NCBI RefSeq assembly: GCF_001194135.2
Contig: NC_068985.1
Coordinates: 50,128,414-50,173,126, forward strand
DNA length: 44,713 bases
Reading direction: 5' to 3'
Origin: Octopus bimaculoides
Lineage: Eukaryota
Of the stretch, positions 34,990-44,713 are shown one piece after another (position 1 is the first letter of the stretch; each line of letters begins with the position of its first letter). The position numbers and the translations under genes were made by a program. The notes under the pieces were generated by a model. The model worked only from the letters and a program-made list of their open reading frames with translations, searched no databases and was not told the origin of the DNA.

Positions 34990-36957
34990 GTAAGTGATGA
35001 TTTCTTCAATCTTAATTAGATTTTCTTTTCCTTTTCAGTTAATTAACTAACTGCTTTTTGTTACTTCTTTGTTTTGGATTGTTTTTTGACGAATTATTGA
35101 TTACTAGAATCTGCTACTATTATTATTTTTAATTATAACCATCTTCTGCCTATTCCGTATCCTTTATAGTCGCGCACATCATTTTCTTCCATTTCAATTT
35201 GTCGGCATATATGCACACCTACCAGTTAATCGGTTTAGCCCCAGGTCTGCGGGAATCGAGCAGATTCATCATCCAAGGCTTTCCATTCGTAATCTGTTCG
35301 ACTCTTCCTTTTGCAATGCACCCTGAGCCACATTTTTGAATGTGTTCTTTTCTCATGTGATGGGGGTATAACTTGAAAGAGATTGTACTGTTATTTTTAG
35401 CAAATCTAGCCGTCATGTAGAAGCTCTCGCTGACTCACTGCTATAGAAACCAAGACGGGAGCCTTTACGTGGTAGCTGGATTTGCTAGAAATAGCAGCTA
35501 CACCTCCCTCACACTCCTTAGTGTCTGTAAAAATGGGAGAGTCACTGAACAGTGCTGGAGATGGTCATGTTTGGAATACCGCTTTGATCATAATTCTACT
35601 CGATCGGGTTTGATCTGGGAAAGGTGGGGGTTAAACAGCAGTAGTAATTAAATTATGTATGTTTATTATTCGATCTAATTCCAGTTGGATAATAATATCG
35701 ATTGATGAGTTAGTTACCTTGGTAGTGTATCAGTCATCTTAACGAATTGTTGCTATTCTTCATCATTGATTATCTTATTACGATAGTAATGGAAAATGAA
35801 CAAGTGTTGCTTTATGGCTGACATCTTGGTAGTAATAGCAGTCTAGTGATGGTGATGCTCGTGTTGATGATGATGGTAGTAGTTTCGCCCCAGTTCAGCT
35901 CTGAGTAGACTTATGAGCAAAGGCGTTGTAACCATGACCATCACGTCTTTTTAGAGCTATCTAGGATCGTATGCTCTGATGGGTTCGTTTTACAAAACGA
36001 TAGCGTGGCTACCGCGATAATTATCTTGTATAAAGATAATTAATGGTAGACTCCAACTAGAGCAATAAGACGGGCTTTGTCTTGAGAAGAAATATATTAT
36101 TAGCTTTTCTGTGGGCATTAATTCAATTTCGTAAGATGAAGTGTGAAACTGAACTCGAGTCCTTCATAGCAGCACATGAAACGTATTAATAATTAGAATG
36201 TTGATAAATCTTAAAAACAACCAGTTTTGCAGTTAAGAATGCACTCTTGGTATATATTAAATATATTCTTAGTCTGTTTATGTGTCGAGTGAGATTTCTG
36301 TCTAAGATTAGCTTTCCAAGTTTTAATTAGCTATTTCAAACTACATATAACTACAAGGGACGGTCTCTATGTAGGTGTTGAAACTGCTAGAAATAGCAGC
36401 TGAAACCTCCTTCAAACCATACCATAGCCTTAAAAAAAAAATCCAAGTTCTTGTCATGGAAAAGAACGGATTGGTCATGGTTTGAAGTTTTTAATCTTAA
36501 GGATACTCAAACATAGCTGACCTGAGCCTAATCACGAACAACGGTGGAGTCTATGTAGTCACTCACAATAGCAGTCAAATCTCCTCCAAACCATACGTTA
36601 TCATTTAAAAATGAAAGAAGGAAAAAAAACAAAACAATATAGAAAAATGATATTCTGGATTCACTCTGTAAGAACGACGAGGTGATCGTGGCTGCAATGC
36701 CTTTAACGATGAGTTTACTCTCTCCGGTACTTAGTGGTTAAACGACTGCAGTTGATAAATACTACTTTTAATGGAATGAATTTTGAAACTCAGCCGAAAT
36801 ATTTTCGAGGGTTAGTCATACGAAGCTACGAACGAAAGTAACCATCCACCTCACTGTATCGGCAGTAATTAGCACATTTAATGCTTTTAGGAAATAGAGA
36901 GTATTTTTCTTTTTTTTTTTTAAGAAGTTTATAAAAGATTAATTAATTAAACTGCGG

Positions 36958-37426
36958 AGACGGACTATATGTAATCTGAACCTTTCCCCCTCTTATTTAT
37001 TAATTTTTTTTTTACGGAATCCCNNNNNNNNNNNNNNNNNNNNNNNNNNNNNNNNNNNNNNNNNNNNNNNNNNNNNNNNNNNNNNNNNNNNNNNNNNNNN
37101 NNNNNNNNNNNNNNNNNNNNNNNNNNNNNNNNNNNNNNNNNNNNNNNNNNNNNNNNNNNNNNNNNNNNNNNNNNNNNNNNNNNNNNNNNNNNNNNNNNNN
37201 NNNNNNNNNNNNNNNNNNNNNNNNNNNNNNNNNNNNNNNNNNNNNNNNNNNNNNNNNNNNNNNNNNNNNNNNNNNNNNNNNNNNNNNNNNNNNNNNNNNN
37301 NNNGGGGAATCGAAATTTTGAAAAACTTTTTCAGAATCGGAATCTCCATAGCCTAAAACGTGGGATTCCGTAAAAAAAAAAAATAATAATAAGAGGAGAA
37401 AGGTTCAGATTACATATAGTCCATCT
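36958..37426. mobile_element. MITE-like element with inverted ends of about 65 bp around an N gap
   Basis: agacggactatatgtaatctgaacctttc...ttacggaatccc is inverted as gggattccgtaa...gaaaggttcagattacatatagtccatct; no clear TSD. Confidence 0.6.
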
Positions 37427-37634
37427 GGACCACTTTCTGAATGTAAAAAGTTGCATATATATATATAGTTTTTCATATTTATATTAAAAGTTTCAGCTCG
37501 AACCATAGCTTCTAAGCTTATTTTCTCTGAAGGTTCAGGTTTGATATAATATAGTAGCAATCAAGCTACTGGCAATTTAACCAACTATCCTTCCTCCAAA
37601 TTGGTGGCCTTGTGCCTAAATTAGAAATTATTAG

Positions 37635-37820
37635 GGTGATAGATTGGCAGAATTGTGGTGTTGGACAAAATACTTTGTGGTACTTGTTCCAGCATTTTAG
37701 TTTGAGTTCAAATCCTGCCGAGGCTAACTACCTTTCCTCCTTTTAAGGTTGATAAGTGACGTACCAACCAAACAATCGACTATTCCCTTATAGTGTTGGT
37801 CTTGTACCTAATCTAGAAAC
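37635..37820 (+). mobile_element. Nin/Deu-domain SINE, diverged
   Basis: gattggcagaattg...gagttcaaatcctgccgagg...cctttcctccttttaaggttgataag. Confidence 0.65.
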
Positions 37821-39959
37821 AACTATTATTTACCACATCAGGGAAGGTATGTTCGTTACAGCTAATTAAAAACTCTTCATTTCATATAATAATTTTAATC
37901 ATTTACCAATTAAATCATTTTCGTTAATAGTCTTGAGAAATTCGTGAATGATGCTGAATCTCATTTCTCTTTACTCGAAAGATTTTGTATCTAATGACAA
38001 AATGTTCATTCTGTATAAACAATGTTGAAGAAATACTGTTTTTTTCTCATTATTATTTGCGTTAGTAGTCAGTTGTATATTACGGCGATCAATTGAGACA
38101 AGACTTCGCGGTTTCTGTTTTTGCGTAAGTCTGAATGAAACTGATGTACATCACATGGGTCGTATTGAAACGTGACGATACGATAACATAACACTTGATC
38201 AGTACTTGCTTTTGTGAACTAGTCTAAATCAAAATTATCATTAAATATCAAATATAACTGAATATCATCGATAGAGGAAGATTTAAATGTGTGAGCGATC
38301 TTTCGATACCAGTCCGAAATATCGGCCTTTTCCGTAAAAAGTGTCTTCGGCGATCTTTACCAAAGATCGGCCTTACACACTTTGTGTTAGATGATGAAGT
38401 AACTGATGCAACAAGCTATTAAGATTATAGCTGAAAATTTAAAGGAATCAATATATAATAAATAGTATATTTTTAAATATTAGCCAAGTTCTTTTAAAAC
38501 GAGAATGAGCATTAAAAGAGATAGCTTTAAATTTGAGCCACTGAAGTCTTGTTAATTTTATTTCGATATTTATGCCCTCTTACTGTTTAAACCCATATCT
38601 CGCTGAAATCGATTTTGCCTTTCATCCATCCGGTGTCGATGAAATAAATACCGCTTAATTATTGAGAGGAGTCCACATAAATTGATCGTTCCTCTCTCCA
38701 CAATTCTTGACCTTGTTATTATTTTCCATTTGAAAAATTAAGGTTATCCTACTTTCGTCAGTGCATGATTACTTAGATGGGAATTCTCTGTTAACAAATA
38801 TTTGCCACCGGATAAAGAGGCGGTTTGTTTCGTAAAATGTTGGCGCATGTCACTGTTAAAATTCGACAAACTATTCGGTTACCATCACTCCATCTCTTCA
38901 TTTCTTCCTTCCTGTGTTTTTTAAGTTATAAAAATCGGCAAAAATGTGGCTTCGCTCTGTTTATCAATTAATTCTTTGTTCACATAAAGGCAGCTGGCCT
39001 GGCACCCCTCCGTCTCTCTCTCTCTCTCTCTCTCTGAGTGTAGCTGTTTGTCCCACCACATCAACCTGTGTTGAACTATGTGAAGTGGCAGCTGACTTAG
39101 TTCTAAATTATTCAAACATCAACAGACAACTATTTCTCTGTTTTCTGTAATATAACTCTCAGTTTATATTTATGATGAGAGTGTGATATTAAAAAAAAAT
39201 CATCTCTACTCATATACACATTTCTAAACGTGCAAACTTTCGAGAACCCATAATGTTTATAGTGAGGGAGAAAATAGCTCTTTATTCTTGTTTCAATCAT
39301 TGGACTGCAGCCATGCTGGAACATCACCTCAGTTTTAAGTCTGGCACCTCTTCTATCGGTTCTTTTTGCCGAACTGCTAATCGTAAACAACACCGGTTAA
39401 GAGCCACACACGACGGGCGGTCCTTATTAAATTTTTGCCATCCCTTTGAGTTTTTTTTAGGTTTTCACCAGATTATTTTTTGGGCAAAATTATATAAGAG
39501 CTATATTTGATTATTTTCAAGTGGCTGGAAGAAATTTAACAAGAATGTGACGAACTCCCACACAACTTTCTGCTACCAAATTTAAACTCAGGGAATTGGT
39601 TGGCCTGGTGATATAGTTGGAAAAACTTGCCCAGAGTACACAGTGGGACTGAATCATGAGTGTGAAGCGAACTTCTTAACCACACGTCCATGACAAAATT
39701 ATGTGAAATACTTTTGCTTACTTTGTCTTCGTAGGAACCTGACAAAATTCTTGTTTACCTTTAGACCTTTCTTAAAAGTAACTTGTCCTTTTAAAAATTG
39801 CTTCTAAGTGTATTGCCTGTTTACTTCTAATTAACGAGTTAACCAAGATCTAGCTTTTTTTTTTTACAGTTTAGGCACATTCTTAAGGCATAAACTTATA
39901 CACTGTAGAAATCAAGCGGTTGAACTAACTTGGTGTTTGTGTGTATCAACATCATCATC

Positions 39960-40320
39960 ATCATCATTGTTGTAACATTTACTTTTCTAGGCTAGTGTGG
40001 GTCAGACGAGAGTATATTAAGGCAGTTTTTTATGGCCAGATGCCCTTCCTCTTGCCAATCCCCACTTATTTTCAACTGAGGTAATAATCTCCCAGTCTAC
40101 TGAACAGCCTGGACATACATGCATGCATGAGTGTGGGTTAGTGTCTCTTTGGTTATAAATCTTGTGATGGTTGTAAACAAGCATCACTGATATATGAGCA
40201 GTGTTCCTCATTTTCAATCTGTGAAAACATGTCAGGCCAAGGGAAAATATTATCTTAGTTGGAAATGGGTGAGCTTTAGCAACAGAAAGGGTATCAAGAT
40301 GTAGAAGATCCATCTTAGTG
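39960..40320 (-). mobile_element. Diverged RTE 3' UTR tail
   Basis: (TCA)n followed by ggccagatgcccttcctcttgccaatccc, similar to the other tails. Confidence 0.55.
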
Positions 40321-40944
40321 AATTCCGTTTCATGTTGCCTTGATAAAGAATATCCAGTTCAGTTTAGCCTTTCCTTTAGAGGTACATTTTTTAAATACTT
40401 CATACCTACAACCTGCCTTCTCAAATTACATGTAAGCCCAGCAGAATTAATTGTTTCAATTGGGTAAGTAATAGCAGTAATAGTAGGATTAACTAATTTT
40501 ATACTTATTCACTGGTGGATTATGTTGTTAATCTCAGCTTTAGTCAAGTGGGATTTATTTATCTTTAAATGGACTTTATTGTGTTGGTAGATTACAGTAA
40601 TTGATATTGTATTTTGTAAATATTTATATTAGCTTTATTTCTATTGAAATGTACTGGTATGCAACTTCTAATGATGGTCATTTTTATGTTATTGTCACTT
40701 TTCGCTATTATTTAGCTCTTGGCAGCTATTCACATTGTCTTCTCACTTATTTGCTTATCAACCTATCTACCCACCTATATGTCTATTTACATAGGGAGTT
40801 TAGGCATATGTTAAAGCTTACAGTTTACTTGTTGAACTGTTTAGCAATTTCGTTAAGACAAAGAGTATATGTTGTACTGTTGTTTGCATTTCTATTTTGA
40901 AGACAGAATGGCTGTAATAATACCTGTTCATAAGTATCTTTTCT

Positions 40945-41140
40945 ATTTAAGACACAAGGCCTGGAATTTTGTAGGAATTATTTGATTATATCGAACCTAG
41001 TACGTAACTGGTACTTATTGTATCAACACTGAAAGGATGAAAGGCAAAGTCAATTTTGGTGGCATTTGGACTCATAATGTAAAGCTAGAAGAAATGTTAA
41101 ACATTTAGTCCAGTGCGCTAAAAATTCTGCCATCTTGGTG
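40945..41140 (-). mobile_element. Nin/Deu-domain SINE, diverged
   Basis: actggtacttattgtatcaacactgaaaggatgaaaggcaaagtc is the reverse complement of the Nin domain. Confidence 0.7.
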
Positions 41141-41156
41141 ACTTGCTATATATATA

Positions 41157-41205
<49 letters not shown>

Positions 41206-41249
41206 NNNNNNNNNNNNNNNNNNNNNNNNNTGTGTGTGTATGTATGTAT

Positions 41250-41632
41250 TCTTTTATTTTTTTACTTGTTTCGGCCATGCTGGAGCACCACCTTTAGTCG
41301 AACAAATCAATCCCAGAACTTATTCTTTGTGAGCCTGGTCCTTATTCTATCGGTCACTTCTGCTGAACTGCTAGGTTACGAAGACATAAACACACCAACA
41401 TCAGTTGTCAAGCGATGGTGGGGGTCAAACACAGACACACAAACACACACATATATACATACATACATACATATATACGATGGGCTTCTTTCAGTTTCCA
41501 TCTAACAAATCCACTCACAAGGCTTTGGTCAACTCAAGGCTATAGTAGAAGACACTTGCCCAAGGTGCCATGCAGTGGGACTGAACCCAGAACCATGTGG
41601 TTGGGAAGCAAGCTTCTTACCACACAGCCACA
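41250..41632 (-). mobile_element. SINE family A, near full length
   Basis: Collinear with 8290-8730. Confidence 0.9.
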
Positions 41633-42051
41633 CCTGTTCAATAAGACTATGTATTCTTTTATCCCAGTAAGTACATGTTCTTGTACACTTACTTCAGCAA
41701 GTATGTTGAAGTTTTTGACTTACTGAAGGGATGTAATATAACCTAAACATACTTGATTTGTCTTGTGCATGCTAAGACTCAAAAGATCTTTCAATAACTA
41801 ATACTATTTTTGTCTTCGCCCTACATAATTTTTACTAGCCAAATTGTCAATGTTCTCTGCATGAAATATTTTGACATTAACTGAACTGTTTGTTAGTTAT
41901 TTTCCTTGGTCATAATGTACTAAAAGCTCACAATACTTAAAAGTAAATATTTTGCAATATTGGAGTTAGTTTTAGATGCAGTTATCTTTTGAATTTCTGT
42001 AATGTTAAGTATTTTAATACAGTTCTATATTTAAGAGATGAGGAATTATGT

Positions 42052-42333
42052 ACATTATTTACATATGATGGATATTTGTCATCATCTTGTTTGTTGTTAA
42101 TACAATGTTTCGGCTGATATACTCTCCAGCCTTCATCAGGTGTCTTGGGGAAATTTCGAACCTGGGTTCTCATTCCTGAGGTATAATAATATCGAAAAAT
42201 ACCTTAGGAATGAGAACCCAGGTTCAAAATTTCCCCAAGACACCTGATGAAGGCTCTGGAGGGTATATCAGCCAAAACGTTGTGTTAACAACAAACAAGA
42301 TGAGGACAAATATCCGTCAAATGTAAATAATGT
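42052..42333. mobile_element. Inverted pair of Penelope-like pseudo-LTRs, each with a minimal hammerhead ribozyme motif
   Basis: Arms 42052-42184 and 42199-42333 are reverse complements. + arm: gacac CTGATGA (42244-42250) aggct..agcc AAAAC GTT gtgtt; - arm: gacac CTGATGA aggctg..cagcc GAAAC ATT gtatt. Confidence 0.85.
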
Positions 42334-42519
42334 TAATAAATATTTTAATATTTTCAATATTGCAAAAATAAGTTTTCAGTTTTCACTACTTTAAACCTGT
42401 GTAGCCTGTTTTTTTAGAATGATTTTTCTAGTGATAAAATTCCTATAGTTGAATTCAGATTTATGCTACATTGCATCTGGTCTGATTGAATTGAATTTTG
42501 TTACTTATATGCAGTGGCA

Positions 42520-43072
42520 TCGCAGGTGGGCTGATAGAAGAGATATGCAAGAGTAGTTAGCATTAAGAGCACTCATGAAATACTTTCAAAAGTGCAGAAG
42601 GCTCCATACAACTTGGTGCAATTGCAAGTAGATGTTCTGAAATAGTAGCGAGAGTAAGGATGGGGTTTGAAAATTTCAAGAGTTTAACACCTCAGCTGGT
42701 GACAGAAGGGTTCTGTATTTGAATGAAGAGTAGATTGTGTATAAAGTGAGATATTGCATTGTAGCTAAGTGTAGGTTTTGAGTGCAGAGGATTTGTGAAA
42801 GCTTGAAAGACATGAGGTGAGCATGATTTACTGGATGTGTTACATTAGAATGTACAAACAATGGACCACAAATGAGTTGAGAGAAAATGAGAAAAATAGT
42901 TTACATGAGGTATATGATGTCGTGTGCAAGAGAAACAACTGTGCTGTTGTTACGGGCCTGTAATATACATGGACTGTTACTATGAAATATCTCCCTTTGT
43001 ACACAATCCACCCTTCATTCAAGTAGAGAATCCTTCTATCACCAGCTGAGTTATTAAACTTTTGAAATTCTC
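42520..43072 (+). mobile_element. Old RTE fragment with a local inverted duplication
   Basis: NFKSLTPQLVTEGFCI*MKSRL resembles KFRELLPLLITEGFSLRMIGRL; 42669-42755 is inverted at 42986-43072. Confidence 0.65.
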
Positions 43073-43147
43073 TCACACCATTCAGTTTTTATCAGCTGAA
43101 TCCACTTACAAGATTTTGGTCAGTCTGGGCTAATGTAGAAGATACTT

Positions 43148-43697
43148 ACTCCAGCCTTCATCAGGTGTCTTGGGGAAATTTTGAACCTGGGTTCCCATTC
43201 CTAAGGTATTTTTCGATATTATTATTATTATGCCTGGAATTGAACTCGGAATCTTGGAGTTAGTAGCCCATGCTCTTAACCACTATGTCATATGGCCATG
43301 GGCAATTATGGAGTGAATTTTAGGGCTTATAAATCTAATATTTTCCTATCCTTCCTTAATACAGGTTCCCATATGCTAGTCATATCTGCACTCGATCTGC
43401 TTAGAAGGTTGTTGTGTCCTAGCATATATGATGCTTCTTTTAGTTTTCGTATTTTCCACTGGTGTTCTCTGTCTATTATTTTAACTTCATCCCACAGGGG
43501 GAGGTGGTCTCCATTTTTCTATACATGTTCAGCTATACCCGATTTATCAATATCTCCCCATGTCACAGCTTTGCGATGTTCCTCTACCCATATTTTGAGG
43601 GGGCGACATGTTTTGCCTTTGCATAACCTACCACAGCTGCATGGGATGGAGTACACGCAGTTTTTGGTCATATTCTCTTCTATTGGTGGTTTTACCT
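43148..43697 (-). mobile_element. Penelope-like element 3' end: GIY-YIG endonuclease remnant, tRNA-like segment, pseudo-LTR
   Basis: Minus strand CVYSIPCSCGRLCKGKTCRPLKIWVEEHRK..KSGIAEHV*..WDEVKIIDRE..WKIRKLKEA..WEPVLRK; 43148-43225 matches the 42.1-kb arm. Confidence 0.85.
43229..43297 (-). other. tRNA-derived segment (pseudo-tRNA or SINE head)
   Basis: ggccataTGACATAGTGGttaagagcatgggCTACTAActccaagattccGAGTTCAATTCCaggca has A box, anticodon-like loop and B box, but no complete acceptor stem. Confidence 0.6.
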
Positions 43698-44059
43698 GAA
43701 GGAGAAATTTGTGAATATCCGTCTAATGTAAATAATGTACAAGGTCACATGGTTGGGAAGGCAGCTTTTCAACCCACAGTCATGTCTGCACCTATTATAT
43801 ATCTTCAAAGTAAACTTAGCTAAGACTAAAACATTAGTAAGTGAATGACAAACCCTTTGCTACCATCAAGGAAGACTATGCTTGCTACTCAGAAAAGGAG
43901 CAAGTAGGAATTTCACATTATGTACCTAATATATACAGTGGACATACAAGAGATGTAGTTGGACCACAAGCAAGTTAACAATAAATGTTGACTTCATATG
44001 TGGAAAGTTCACAGGGGTTGTAAGTACCAACACCTCATAGGAAGTATATCCTGTGAAGC

Positions 44060-44480
44060 ACTTGGAAGGCTCCCTATAATTAGTTGACGGCCTTTGTTAC
44101 CGAGGTGATCTAATTAGCAGTGGGGTGGGTATTCTGAAAGAGTCGCCAGAGTGAGAACATTTTGGAAAAAAAGTTCAGTGAGTTAGGGCTTCTTTAAAAT
44201 GAAAAATAAATTTTATGATGCTTGTATATGAATTGCAATGCTGCAGGGTGGTGAAATATGAGCCTTAATTATCAGGATTTGAGAAACTGGAAAGAAATGA
44301 AGTGGGCATTCTCCAATGGATGTATAATTTTAGTGTGCATGAATGACTGAGTAAAAATGAGCTGAGAGAAAAAACCGGATATGCTGATATGGACTTGTGA
44401 TATATATGAGGGTGAGTGATGTATAAAGATGTACTGTCCACAATGAAGGAGTGGAACCTGTGAAGGAGGGAGACAGATGT
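44060..44480 (+). mobile_element. RTE LINE fragment
   Basis: ctggaaagaaatgaagtgggcattctc is homologous to 20046-20070 (LERNEV). Confidence 0.65.
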
Positions 44481-44491
44481 GTGTGTATATA

Positions 44492-44525
<34 letters not shown>

Positions 44526-44713
44526 AGCAATGTTAATTCTCTAAATGAAGTATTAACAGTAACTGCACGATAAAGTGTAGTATATTGCCACTTAAGTGTG
44601 GCTGACCCCTAGGGGTGGATGTTACTGTTGCTTTTAGCCCCAGGAGGACATCTCCTCCAGCTGGCTTATCGACACACGACTGTGTCCTGTTTGCCAAGGG
44701 AGTTATCCCTCTC

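Noticed and set aside
35020-35045. Strong acceptor (ttttccttttcag) just after the G-gamma donor
   Set aside because: It would give an intron of only about 48 nt and an immediate stop (D-TAA); more likely a pyrimidine tract in the intron.

Overview
AT-rich, microsatellite-dense animal genomic DNA with eight N-gaps. The SINE and LINE repertoire matches what I recognise from Octopus assemblies, so the source organism is inferred. Most of the window is transposon debris: three tRNA-derived SINE families, RTE LINE 3' ends, two R4/Dong-like and one HERO-like restriction-like-endonuclease (RLE) retrotransposon fragments, and Penelope-like pieces (GIY-YIG ORF end, hammerhead-bearing pseudo-LTRs). There are also mariner and Tigger remnants, foldback elements with telomere-like cores, and a decayed Mag-type Ty3/Gypsy element (about 27.2-31.3 kb). 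Two MITEs sit inside the Gypsy pol, and removing them restores the local reading frame. The clearest host gene is the first coding exon of a G-protein gamma subunit (34895-34989, +) with a CRE/CCAAT promoter; I could not find exon 2 in the window. A probable divergent promoter with an unidentified 30-codon exon lies at 23.4-24.2 kb, and a triple M-box/CLEAR cluster at 3.4 kb. Nearly all listed six-frame ORFs are microsatellite, gap or transposon artefacts. I found no convincing wholly new system. The best leads are the inverted hammerhead pair, a tRNA-like insert in a Penelope 3' end, the telomere-core foldback element, and a duplicated 131-bp structured segment at 21.8-22.3 kb. Element boundaries are by eye and approximate unless a TIR or TSD is given.
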